A DNA stretch of 63,376 bases, filler included, from Octopus bimaculoides (GCF_001194135.2; 4 parts of 4 records of this genome joined end to end with filler, not necessarily neighbours in it), one strand, 5' to 3'. Numbered from the whole stretch's first letter, positions 23,990 to 36,647 are shown. Notes: generated from the sequence alone by a model not told the origin. Translations and numbers: made by a program.

Positions 23990-24380
23990 GGCGTGGGTGT
24001 GTGGTAAGAAGCTTGCTTCCCAACCACACGATTCTGGGTTCAGTCACACTGCATGGCCCTTTAAGCAAATGTCGTGTTCTATAGTCTCGGGCCGACCAAA
24101 GTCTTGTGAGTGGATTTGGTAGACGGAGACTAAAAGAAGACCGTCGTATATATACACACATATATGTGTGTATGTGTGTGTGTGTATGTGCGTGTGTTTG
24201 TTTCCCTCATGATCGCCTGACAACCGGTGTTGGTGTTTTTACGTACTCGAAACTTAGCGATTCGGCAAATGAGACCGATAGACGAAGTACTAGGCTTAAA
24301 AATAAGTCGTGGAGGCGAATATTTCGACAAAATAACTCCGGCAAGGCCGCAGTCAAATGAGTGAAACAGGTAAAAGAATC
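23990..24380 (+). mobile_element. SINE family A, full length: tRNA-like head, internal (TA)/(GT) microsatellite, 3' domain
   Basis: GGCGTGGGTGTGTGGTAAGAAGCTTGC..GGGTTCAGTC..GAAGACCGTCG-(TA/TG)n-..GACAACCGGTG..GGCCGCAGTCAAATGAGTGAAACAGGTAAAAG. Confidence 0.9.
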
Positions 24381-25136
24381 AAAGAATACAATGAATATCT
24401 ATTGAGGTCAAGTGGAGTCAAATAGGAAACAAAAGGGTCCGTAGGCAAAAAAGAAAAATAAAGAAATAAAGAAAAGAAAAGGAAACAAAATGGTTGCGGG
24501 CAACTGATATGGAGAGAGAATTGCAAGTAATATTTGAATGAGAAACGATGCCGTCAGTCTGCAATACTTGTCTTAACGCTAGGAATAGAGTTTTAAGAAG
24601 AAACTGATGGAAGCGGTGAGAGACAAGGAAGAGACATGCATTCTGCAGATTATTGACTCTATAAGATATTTAGTTTTTCTTTCAGGGTGTGGGGAATACG
24701 GAAGTGAAAGCAAATATTGACATAACATGGCGGATTTAAGAGTGACATTTTCTGAAAAAAAGATGGCGGGGGACCCGTTATGATGTCAGCAAGTAGACAG
24801 AGCTGATATATTAACATTCCAGAAGCATATTGGGTTTATATGAAGAAGAAGAATAACTGCAAGGATCAACATTAAAAATATGCGTTTATTGTATTATTTC
24901 CGAATATGGAATATGTGATATTATTTTGTTATCTGCGAAAAAACAATAGCAGCTGTATAGAGTAGATATTTGGGATATCAGAAAGCTATTTTGATCCTTT
25001 TCAACATATGTCTGAGATCATAGAAGAATTAAGTATATAAATACATATATACATAAATACATACATACATACATATACATACACATATATATNNNNNNNN
25101 NNNNNNNNNNNNNNNNNNNNNNNNNNNNNNNNNNNN

Positions 25137-25148
25137 TTAATTAATTAA
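25137..25148. other. Artificial gap marker TTAATTAATTAA
   Basis: 44 N + 12-mer + 44 N = 100 bp; the 12-mer has stops in all six frames. Same construct at 48354 and 61078. Confidence 0.95.
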
Positions 25149-25192
25149 NNNNNNNNNNNNNNNNNNNNNNNNNNNNNNNNNNNNNNNNNNNN

Positions 25193-25226
<34 letters not shown>

Positions 25227-25352
25227 CAATGTTAATTCTCTAAATGAAGTATTAACAGTAACTGCACGATAAAGTGTAGTATATTGCCACTTAAGTGTGG
25301 CTGACCCCTAGGGGTGGATGTTACTGTTGCTTTTAGCCCCAGGAGGACATAT

Positions 25353-25399
<47 letters not shown>

Positions 25400-26354
25400 G
25401 TTATATAACTATTAAATATACTACGTTCAAATAATTATATGATATTTGTCCAAGAGATCATTAAACTTATTTGGATATGTTATGCTAATACGGGTGTCAA
25501 AATATTCGAAATAATATTTACACTTCTGGTGTTTTGCTAACAATAATCAGTACTTTTTTTCTTTTCGTTTTGTTTTTTTATCTGCTAAATATTTCACTTA
25601 AGTACATGAATATACTTCTTATACTGCCAGTCATTGCAAAAGTGACTGATAAGTAATCCGTATGAAATCATCCAAGTTTCTATGATACATGATTTTGTAG
25701 ATGACAATGATGAGGGTGAGGATGTGGATGGTAGTGATGATTATAGTGGCAGCGTGTCATTATGGTGCATTTTTATGCAAGTATTTTTGTTTCTAAATTT
25801 ATTTGTACTAATGTGAATATTGGCTTATTTTTTAAAACTTTATCTAAAACACCTGAAACCGTAGACCGTGTTGTGTCTGTATAGAAAGATAGTCGTTCAT
25901 TTACTACCCATTGAAAAGTGAAGGAAATTGAAAAACGATGATTATTTAATGCGCCTTATATATACACTTATATACTTTATGCGCAATTTTATAGAATTAA
26001 TACAGAGCACTCATAAAATAAATATTCACGCTTAACTTTCCATTTTCTCCATAAAACATATATTCCGTATATGTAATACAACCTTTAGTCAAATTACTTA
26101 TATCTGCCCCGTAAATATGCGTGAATATTTCAGGGTGTTGCACTTATGCGTATGCGTTAAGTGATAGATGATATTAAAAAAAAGACTTGGTTAAAAACAA
26201 ATACACTTTTCGCTATCGAACCACCACCGTCACCTCCATCTCCAACCCCTGTTCCGAGATCGTATAAGATCCGTGAAATTCCAACAGCTGCATATCCCTC
26301 CTGATCACCTCGGAACTTATGACTTGCCTGTCATATATATCCTTTATATATATA

Positions 26355-26505
26355 TCCAGTTCAAGGCCCGAAATTTTTGAGGAGGCGGCCAGTCGATTAG
26401 ATCGACCTCAATACGCTACTGATACGTAATTTATCGAACCCGATAGGATAAAAGGCAAAGGTGACCTCGGCTGAATTTGAATTCAGAACGTAAAGACAGA
26501 CGAAA
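26355..26505 (-). mobile_element. SINE family B (5'-truncated)
   Basis: Reverse complement core AATTTATCGAACCCG..AGGCAAAGGTGACCTCGGC..TTTGAATTCAGAACGTAAAGAC. Confidence 0.8.
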
Positions 26506-26789
26506 TCATGTCATATAAATGAAAAAGTAAACGTCATTGCGAAAACTCCTGACTGTCGCCGTTATAATGTATCCGCTCAAATGTTGTAGCAATTCTCTGT
26601 GCGGAGGTGCGATTCACCTGTATGACCCATCCCTCCGCTCCGACCTCTCTTTTACATTCCAAGCAAGTGGTTCCGTAACTTAATAAATATGATATTGTGT
26701 CAGATCTGGTTATTATTGTTAATAGTATATTGATAATAATATTAATTGAACGCGTTTCATGCTCAATACGGTAAGTAAAAGCAGAAACA

Positions 26790-26821
26790 GCGGCAGTAGC
26801 AGCAGAGGTAGTTGCAGCAGT

Positions 26822-26892
<71 letters not shown>
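26790..26892. repeat. (AGC)n grading into (AGT)n
   Basis: Read directly. Confidence 0.9.
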
Positions 26893-27528
26893 CTGTTGTT
26901 GCATTTTTTTGTTGTTGTTCCTACTGGCGCTGGTGCTGGTGCTGTTTAGCAATTATGGTTAATGGTCTAATAATGGAGTTTCTTGAAAATTTGAAGTGGA
27001 TATCATTTATCGGATACTTTTGAACCAATGAATCGAGGCTAATTTTCCATCTCAGGATAATTTTAAATATAAAGATTATATTCGATTTCTCTAAGCCTGT
27101 TCAATAGATGATATCGCTTTGAAATTTATAATGAAAGAAATTTTTCTTTTCTTTTATTATTATTATTATTGTTTTTTTTGGCTTTCAAAAAAGACAATAT
27201 ATTCTTTCATGACAAGATATGATTAGTAAGGATTCTTATTAAACGTGAATCTGCTTCCCCAGCACAGATTTCATTTCAGGCCGGTCTTTTTTTTCTAATT
27301 CAGCGAATTCTTTATATACCTGTTTAATTATTCATTACCGGTATCGATATGAAAAATATATTCCTCACATAAGTGAGAGATCGAGTCAACTCTTTTATTC
27401 TTAATTTCGTGAATTAAAACGTAATCTTCAGGATCATTTATCCGAATCTATTCAACCTCTTCTCCAACGAAATTGATCTAACGCTGTGGATATATTTAGA
27501 TATTCTTTTCCTGGCGGACATACATACA

Positions 27529-27577
<49 letters not shown>

Positions 27578-27725
27578 ATAATAATGATGACACAATACAT
27601 TAATTATAGCATCTCATTAATGTACTGCGGGTGTAGTGAAGAGTAGAATTAATTGTAGTGATTTTAAATAGAGAATGTCGTTCAATTCATGTTCTATTAT
27701 CCGTCTATTTATATAAACTCTGCAG

Positions 27726-27947
27726 ATACTATGAAATTCATGATGTATATCAAGCACCAAGAGCATTTTCACTGTATGATAATATCTTCTCGTCAATAGC
27801 TGTGGAGCAGATTTGCATAGGATACTATAGGTATTTGTTATATATGTTGAAATCTACCAGTAATTTTGCAGGTTCCACCAAAGCCATCTGGGACGATCTG
27901 TACCCATTCATTTCAAAGCACGATATTACTCTATATTATTTTATGTG
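27726..27947 (+). CDS. Candidate internal exon, unknown product
   Basis: Acceptor CTCTGCAG|; open frame YYEIHDVYQAPRAFSLYDNIFSSIAVEQICIGYY..; donors AG|GTATTT (27830) or TG|GTAAGA (27947), both phase 2. Non-repetitive, but no homolog recognised. Confidence 0.3.
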
Positions 27948-27954
27948 GTAAGAA

Positions 27955-28092
27955 GATTACTTCGCAACGATATGATTCCGGGTTCAATCCCACTGCGTGG
28001 AACCTTGGCCGACTGCCTTCAACAATAGCCTCGGACTAACCAAACCCTTGTGAGTGGATTTGGTAAACGGAAACTGGAAGAAACCCGTCGTA
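27955..28092 (+). mobile_element. SINE family A head
   Basis: CCGGGTTCAATCCCACTGCGTGG..GTGAGTGGATTTGGTAAACGGAAACTG..CCCGTCG-(TA)n, then a gap. Confidence 0.85.
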
Positions 28093-28898
28093 TATATATA
28101 TATATATNNNNNNNNNNNNNNNNNNNNNNNNNNNNNNNNNNNNNNNNNNNNNNNNNNNNNNNNNNNNNNNNNNNNNNNNNNNNNNNNNNNNNNNNNNNNN
28201 NNNNNNNNNNNNNNNNNNNNNNNNNNNNNNNNNNNNNNNNNNNNNNNNNNNNNNNNNNNNNNNNNNNNNNNNNNNNNNNNNNNNNNNNNNNNNNNNNNNN
28301 NNNNNNNNNNNNNNNNNNNNNNNNNNNNNNNNNNNNNNNNNNNNNNNNNNNNNNNNNNNNNNNNNNNNNNNNNNNNNNNNNNNNNNNNNNNNNNNNNNNN
28401 NNNNNNNNNNNNNNNNNNNNNNNNNNNNNNNNNNNNNNNNNNNNNNNNNNNNNNNNNNNNNNNNNNNNNNNNNNNNNNNNNNNNNNNNNNNNNNNNNNNN
28501 NNNNNNNNNNNNNNNNNNNNNNNNNNNNNNNNNNNNNNNNNNNNNNNNNNNNNNNNNNNNNNNNNNNNNNNNNNNNNNNNNNNNNNNNNNNNNNNNNNNN
28601 NNNNNNNNNNNNNNNNNNNNNNNNNNNNNNNNNNNNNNNNNNNNNNNNNNNNNNNNNNNNNNNNNNNNNNNNNNNNNNNNNNNNNNNNNNNNNNNNNNNN
28701 NNNNNNNNNNNNNNNNNNNNNNNNNNNNNNNNNNNNNNNNNNNNNNNNNNNNNNNNNNNNNNNNNNNNNNNNNNNNNNNNNNNNNNNNNNNNNNNNNNNN
28801 NNNNNNNNNNNNNNNNNNNNNNNNNNNNNNNNNNNNNNNNNNNNNNNNNNNNNNNNNNNNNNNNNNNNNNNNNNNNNNNNNNNNNNNNNNNNNNNNNN

Positions 28899-28960
<62 letters not shown>

Positions 28961-28962
28961 GG

Positions 28963-29477
28963 GTGAATGATGCTGCGTATATTGAGATTATGGATAAAGT
29001 TGTTAAGCTTTGGATCAACAGTGTATGCAATGGAAGGCCTTATGTCTTTCAACAAGATTCTACACTATCAGACAAGACTCAAATGACACAAGAATGGATG
29101 GCCGACAATTTGCATAATCACATCAATCCCAAAATGTGGCCTCCTGATTCTCCAAATCTCAATCCACTGGATTATTATGTATGGGGAAAATGTCAACGCC
29201 AATCGCAGAGCACCAAAGATTCTATGAATGCCGCCATAGTTCGAGTCATGTCCGTTATGAAAAAAGGACCACTTAAGCGGAGCTTATAAACGATTTCGAC
29301 TCCGCGTAAAGGCAGTTATTGATGCTTATGCTGGTGTTATTGAATGAAATTATTAAATTCATAATTTAGCTTTAGCTTTATGTTTATGCTATTTTTATAA
29401 AAATACAGCTTTTTTTCTGTTATTCTATATGCGTTTTTTTAAAACCGTAAATCTATTCTCAAATAACGACCACACTG
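28963..29477 (+). mobile_element. 3' part of a Tc1/mariner DD37D (maT-type) transposon; transposase pseudogene
   Basis: YVFQQD(29056)..QEWMADNL..MWPPDSPNLNPLD(29170)YYVWG with exactly 37 residues between the two Asp. Frameshifted C-terminus KRFRLRVKAVIDAYAGVIE*; ends ..CACACTG|TA at 29477. Confidence 0.9.
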
Positions 29478-29489
29478 TATATTCTCTCT

Positions 29490-29870
29490 TTTTATTACTC
29501 TTTTTATTTGTTTCAGTCATTTGACTAAGCTCATGCTGGAGCACCACCTTTTAGTTGAATACATTGAGCCCAAAATTTATTCTTTGTAAGACTAGTAGTT
29601 ATTCTTAAGAAGTCTTTTGTGGAACCGCTAATTCCAGGTGCGTAAACACACCGGCACCGGTTATCAAGCGATGGTGGGGGACAAACAGACACACAAGACA
29701 TATATATATATATATATGATGGACTTCTTTCAGTTTCCGTCTACCAAATTCACTCACAAGGCTTTGGTCGGCCCGGGAATATAGTAGAAAACACTTGCGC
29801 AACGTGCCACGCATGGGACTGAACCCGTTCCATGTTGTCGGGAAGAAAGCTTCTTACTACACAGCCACTC
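29490..29870 (-). mobile_element. SINE family A, full length
   Basis: Reverse complement of tail, internal (TA)n and head ending AAGCTTCTTACTACACAGCCAC. Confidence 0.85.
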
Positions 29871-30312
29871 ATATCAATTAATAATAAGGGGAACGGAGAC
29901 TTATATATACAGTTTTATTCTGCAGTTAATCACGTCTTTCCAATTTTGCACCTACATATGTTTCTGTTCTAATTTAGTGCACATCTTGGTGTGCATTTTG
30001 GTGTTAATTACCGCTTCTTTAGGGTGCTATGAGCAGCGTTTTATATCCCAATTCTGTTAATAGACCCTGAAGAATATATAAATCTCTGATTTCCTTATTA
30101 TTATTTCCTCTTTACCGACAACAGGCAATCTCTATAGAGACGTATGGATTTGCAAATCTGAAGATCTACTGACGATAGTGAAATAAACGAATTGCAATTT
30201 TTCTACACTCACGGAGGTTAGCCAGCATTATTAATAGGTAAAAGTGAGTACGGTACCCGATAGGGTTATATATGCTTACCAAACTAATTTGGAAATTGAC
30301 CTATTTAAATAT

Positions 30313-30353
<41 letters not shown>

Positions 30354-30354
30354 C

Positions 30355-30558
30355 TCATTTACTTGTTTCAGTCATTTGACTGTGGCCATGCTGGAGCACT
30401 GCATTTAGTCGAGCAAATGGACACCAGGACTTATTCTTTGTAAGCCTAGTACTTATTCTATCGGTCTTTTTTGTCGAACGGCTAATTTACGGAGAGGTAA
30501 ACTTACCAGCAGCGGTTGTCAAGCGATATTGGAGAGGCAAATACAGACATACAAGCAT

Positions 30559-30593
<35 letters not shown>

Positions 30594-30760
30594 TATATAC
30601 GATGGGCTTCTTTCAGTTTCCGTCTATCATATCCACTCACAAGGCTTTGGTCGGGCCGAGGTTATAGTAGAAGACACGTGTCCAAGGTGCCACGCAGTGG
30701 AACTGAACCCGGAACCATGTGGTTCGTAAGCAAGATACTTACCGCACAGCCACTCCTACA
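30355..30760 (-). mobile_element. SINE family A, full length
   Basis: As above, with internal (CA)n at about 30558-30600. Confidence 0.88.
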
Positions 30761-30870
30761 CCTATATAGGTAAATTTTCAAATATATATGTATGTAAGTA
30801 TATATATCTATATCTATATCTATTTATCTATCAATATACACGTTAGTGGTCAACGTCATATATAAAAATG

Positions 30871-30937
<67 letters not shown>

Positions 30938-31369
30938 NNNNNNNNNNNNNNNNNNNNNNNNNNNNNNNNNNNNNNNNNNNNNNNNNNNNNNNNNNNNNNN
31001 NNNNNNNNNNNNNNNNNNNNNNNNNNNNNNNNNNNNNNNNNNNNNNNNNNNNNNNNNNNNNNNNNNNNNNNNNNNNNNNNNNNNNNNNNNNNNNNNNNNN
31101 NNNNNNNNNNNNNNNNNNNNNNNNNNNNNNNNNNNNNNNNNNNNNNNNNNNNNNNNNNNNNNNNNNNNNNNNNNNNGGCGTTGTTTCGAAACTGTTTGGT
31201 ATGAGCATGTGAGTGTGTGCAAGCTCGTATGTGTGCACGCTCATATGTGTGCACGCACTTATGTGTTCGTGCTTATATGTAAGTATAATGCCTCTCCCAA
31301 GGTTTAAATGTATTTCTTTCAACACACGTATCCACATCAAGAATCTTGCACACGAAATACACATACGAA

Positions 31370-31430
<61 letters not shown>

Positions 31431-31989
31431 ACTACTTATACCCTCACTTGTGTTACCAGTAAAATTATAGATTTCATAACCATGATTGCATATTAATGTG
31501 TTCGCATATGCGCGAACATATAAATATGTATTCTTTTTTTATTGAAAAAGTTATAGTATTTTGAGATATCCAAAATTCTTATTTATTAAAAAAGGATATC
31601 TTTTGTACTTGTATCACGAATATTGTGGAAGTTTGTCTCTGAATTTTCAATAATACAACGTGATAAGCAAATAATAAAATAAAGTAATCAATAAGAAAAA
31701 ACGCTTCAACAACCAAAGAACAAAAGTACGTTATATCTATTGAACATACAATTTGGAAACCACAGCTGCGTTGCACAATAGTTATGATTTACTTTCACTC
31801 TTTGGATTATATGTAGATATTCTATAATGCTAAATCGTTTTCAAAATGCATATCAGCTTGATTTGCATTTATTAAACTCTGACAGTTGAAGATACAACGC
31901 TGTTCCTACTTATGCTTTTTTCCCCTCTCACAACTGCATGTTAGATTTTAAATGTTATACACTATTGCATACGGCATTCAAAAGTTATA

Positions 31990-32211
31990 CAATAATTCCT
32001 CGTCGTATCGCGGTTCATTTATGGTAGTTTATTATTTAAATTTACGTCGATTCCTTCGTGGTGTTGTTTTGCATTTATAATAAAAAAAATATATTCAGAT
32101 TAAAAAAATAATTAGAAAAATATTCAGTACTGTTTCTACTTCGCGGATTTTCACCTATCATGGGGATTTTTTGGAACGTAACTCCCTCCCACGATAGTCG
32201 AGGGTTTACTC
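31990..32211. mobile_element. pogo/Tigger-type MITE, old
   Basis: TA on both sides (31988-31989, 32212-32213). Degenerate TIRs CAATAATTCCTCGTCGTATCGCGG vs reverse complement GAGTAAACCCTCGACTATCGTGG (17/24 match). Subterminal TTCGCGGATTTTCAC..GGAACGTAAC as recalled for Tigger MITEs. Confidence 0.6.
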
Positions 32212-32980
32212 TACATTTAAAAACCAATTATGTCATTAACTAATGCTGGAAATTTATGAATATTTGTGTTTGTGTGTGTGGGTATGTGTGTATCTGTGTA
32301 TGTATGTGTGTGTGTATGCGCACGAATGTGTGAGTGTGTGCGTGTGTAAGTGGGTATGTGTATGTCTATGTGTGAGTGTGTGTGCTTGTGTATAAGTGTG
32401 TGTATGCGTGTGTTTGAGTGTGTGGTATGTGTGTATGCGTGTGGGGGGGTGCGTCCGTGTGCCTATGTGTGTGTGTGTGTGCATGGTTAACTACTTTGCT
32501 ACTACTATTGGTGACACTGAATGGGTTTTCAAACAAAAAGAAAAGTTTTAAATATAGATTTGTATGATTTTAGCTACCTCAAGATTTTTCTTTCAAACAT
32601 GATATTAAAAATTTAATACTATTTCGCCAAATATTTTCCTATAAGCATGTGGCGTGATACACATAATCTATTTACTGTCATTGTAGCTTTCAAAATTCAT
32701 ACACATTCATCATTATTACCTATTGATAACCGTTGTCACGATTCCATATTAGAACAAGCTAACTGATGGAACTTGGTCCGTCTCAACATGGAGTTTATAT
32801 TCCTAAATTTCACTGTATCTATGTATTTTTGTATGTATGCATGTATATATGTATGGGTGTACGTATGCGTGTACGGATGTATGTTTTTATGTATATATGA
32901 ATGGATGAATAAAAGCAAGAAGGAAAGCACGAAGGAAGAAAGGAAGGAAAGAAGATGGGATGCATTTTTGTATATACATG

Positions 32981-33021
<41 letters not shown>

Positions 33022-33042
33022 GTGCGTGTGTGNNNNNNNNNN

Positions 33043-33086
<44 letters not shown>

Positions 33087-33302
33087 AATCTGTTTTGGAA
33101 GTGTTTCACAGATCTTTGCTCAGAATACCTGTCACAAAATTCATGTTATATCCTGGGAAGGTAGGTCATGCTGCTAGCAAGTTATCGGTTGGAATTTTAA
33201 TTCAGTATTTGTTGTATTGGCTCAAGTAATACATAATACACAACCGCGACATTTGATATGGATCCCTGTCCTCCATATTCTTCAGTTTTCACTTTTGTAC
33301 AG

Positions 33303-33382
33303 TCTGAACTATCAATTTTATATCTATGTCATGGAATATAATGTCGTTTCTCCTACCTTTGTCTTCTCTTATACTAAAACTC
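33303..33382 (+). CDS. Candidate internal exon, unknown product
   Basis: Strong acceptor TTTTCACTTTTGTACAG| and donor CTC|GTAAGA; frame LNYQFYIYVMEYNVVSPTFVFSYTKT; the phase-2 start is compatible with the 27726 candidate. Confidence 0.35.
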
Positions 33383-33564
33383 GTAAGAATTTCAATTTAA
33401 ACATATCAATACGCTCTTTGACCTCACAAATTCTAAAAGAACGCACAATACCACATATACATATATACAATATTACGACTAATTCAATCATCGAAATACA
33501 GTCTAAGATATCGGGATAACGTAACATGAAAGAATTAAACAATTATTCTACGAAAATACTCTGG

Positions 33565-33850
33565 GGCCGCCTTGGACAATTTTTAGTCCAATGAATTGAC
33601 CCCAGAATATACTTTAAGCATTATACTTATTAGTCGGACCGCTAAGTTACCAGGATGCAAACACACCAACAGCGATTGTCAAGCAGTGGTTGCGGTCAAA
33701 TACAGGCATGAAGACACGCGCTCACACATACACATATAAATATATATATACACGACGAGCCTCTTTGAATTTCCGTCTACCAAATCCTCTCACAAGGCTT
33801 TGGTTGGCCCGAGCCTAAAGCAGAAAACGTTTGTCCGAGTTGTCAGGGAG
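33565..33850 (-). mobile_element. SINE family A (diverged)
   Basis: GGACCGCTAAGTTAC..GTCAAGCAGTGG..TTTCCGTCTACCAAAT..CACAAGGCTTTGGTTGGCCCG. Confidence 0.75.
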
Positions 33851-35714
33851 AGGATGAGGATAAGCAGTGAAGTTTAGAAATAAATATTACCAGTTCAAAT
33901 ATGCATGTGGCACGTTTGGACTCGTAAATAAACCATTCACTGTTTTGTCATGGCGAAAATTTCGCGCTGCAGACAGAATGGTGTTAATATACCAATATCA
34001 GTTCGCAGCGCCACCTATCCAGACTGTAGGATGCAAACATTTCAGACTAGTTATCTCCACTTCGGTCATAGGCATTAGGCAGAGGGGAGCTACGAACTAA
34101 TAAAAGAGATTGTTTCTCTTAAATTTCAGTCTTCGTACTGTGACTGATTAGCGCTATGCGACGGCTGACCGAAAGTAATTTAACTTGTTATTCGCAAATA
34201 TGATACTTATGTCCAGTATATTAGCATTCGCATAACGAGAGCATTAACTCCAAGTTTAAGGCGCCAAAAATTAATGATAAGCGAATTACAAATGAACTTT
34301 AATATGTCATAGATACGCTAAATGCGTACGAATACGTTTGTCACCTGCTACATAAAAATAAGTATAATCATTGTCGTATTAAAATATATAAAGATATAAT
34401 GTATTTACGTAGAAAGGAAATTTGCTTTAAATATAAAGAAAAGCTTGTTCATTGAAAAGTTGTTGAACAATATTTAGCCATATGTGAAAATAAAAAGAAT
34501 ATTAAAAGGGTTGAAAATTTCTCACAACTTTCTGAAAACTATGATATCGAAAGAAATAGAAAGCCTTTAACTGATCAGTCTATTTCAGAGAAATCGCAGA
34601 ATAAACCTCTCCAAAATTTCAAATTAATACCTTTAAAGTAATAGAACGATGAATAATGTACACATGCATACGTAGTGTTCAGTATAAGTATGGAATGGGC
34701 ATGACAGGAACGCTTTTTGAACCAAGGCCTGCTAAGTTGATCTAAAATCTGAAATGAAGCAACAATGACCAGAAGATAAATTATTGATCAACAATGCTTT
34801 CCTAATATTTTAGAAATTTATAGGAACAAATGAACAAGGATAGGAGTGGGGAAATGTGTACAAAAATTGTCCGAATACGTTTCAGAAAGTTTGATAACCG
34901 TATGCATTATCGCGTAAGAACAATTATGTTCAGTTAATATAATTAATCATTAACAGGTTATGAGTCACTGTCTATGTGTGGTATAGCAAAGACGAAAGAA
35001 AAAGCAGAGGATTCAGACAAATTATCTGAGAGCTACAGAAAAAACTGAGGAAGGGAATTCATTCTTATTGAACAAATTCCCATAATTAGAATAAGGGAAA
35101 GATCAGGAAGCTCGATGGGTTAAATGAAAAAGAGTGATTCTAGATATTGTTATATTCGGGGATGGTTATATTTTGTCAGTTAAACACACGCACTATATAT
35201 TTGGTCTTCATTTCAGACTTATTACTATTATGCTGGTTTCGTTGATTGTAGAGTTATTTTAAAATTTACAAAATTCAAGAATTACCGAAATGCAGAAAAG
35301 TTTTAAGGAAGATTTGGAAAGCACAGAATTCCTCCGCTGAAAGAATGAACAAATACTTGATAGCCTGCAATATTCTGAAAGATTGTTAACACATAACTAT
35401 GCTATAATTAAAAATAGTGGGGGACACTAATATGAGAGTAAATTTGGCGTGATTTAGAGCATAAATCTCTATGAATTAAAATCTTCAGGAGGATTTCGGC
35501 AAGTGATGCTTATAAAAAAGCCTAAAGTCCTTTCCGCTGGTTTCAGAATGCAAATTTTAATTATGTGCAGGATTAATTTTAATTAGTTATTAATTAATTA
35601 AATAATAATAACAATAATAACAATAATAATGGCGAGAACAATAACAATCATATTATTAATAATACTAAGAATAATATCAATAATAATCCAAACGATAACA
35701 ACAAAACAAGAAGG

Positions 35715-35793
35715 AGAAGTAGAAGAAGAAGAAGGAGAAGAAGAAGAAGAAGAAGAAGAAGAAGAAGAAGAAGAAGAAGAAGAAGAAGAAGAA

Positions 35794-35834
<41 letters not shown>

Positions 35835-35878
35835 CGATGATGATGATGATGATGATGAAGATGATGATGATGATGATG
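35715..35878. repeat. (GAA)n followed by (GAT)n
   Basis: Read directly; gives the spurious poly-E/D ORF. Confidence 0.9.
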
Positions 35879-36193
35879 TCGAAGTTGAAGAAGAAACTAA
35901 AATTATAATATGAAATAAAATCGAACGTGGGAAAATATTGCGTGTGGATAATAAAAATAATTCTCAGTGTCCTTTTAATTTGTACTTTCATTTTTATGAT
36001 ATCCTATAATTCTTTGTGTTAATCTCCAAATTAAATTTTCTATTCTTTGATCTATCTCCTTTAAAGAGAATAGTATTTTCAGATTGGCATTACATCTTCA
36101 AAAATTAACATCGATGAACCTTTTTTTTTCCTTTTGAAAAACTGTAAGAAGAAAAGAAGTTTATATTTTTCTTTGATTTCGCCCCTCAAATTT

Positions 36194-36194
<1 letters not shown>

Positions 36195-36251
<57 letters not shown>

Positions 36252-36330
36252 TACTAATAATAATGAAAACAATAATAATCATAACAATGATAATAATTGC
36301 TACAGCTACAACAGCAACTACTACAACTTT

Positions 36331-36405
<75 letters not shown>

Positions 36406-36528
36406 TATCATTATTATCATCATCATCATCATCTTTTTTGTTATTATAAGAACAAACCAAAACAAAATGGAAAGAAACATTAAAATAACAGAAAAAATTA
36501 CTATTATCGTGATCACTATCTTCATCAG

Positions 36529-36567
<39 letters not shown>

Positions 36568-36570
36568 TAC

Positions 36571-36645
<75 letters not shown>
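36195..36645. repeat. Nested (TAA)n/(TTA)n/(CAT)n tracts including a spacerless 54-bp palindrome (36348-36401)
   Basis: Read directly. Confidence 0.85.

Positions 36646-36647
<2 letters not shown>

Noticed and set aside
25137-25148. Identical TTAATTAATTAA islands inside gaps (also 48354 and 61078)
   Set aside because: Always 44N+12+44N with stops in six frames: an assembly marker, not biology.
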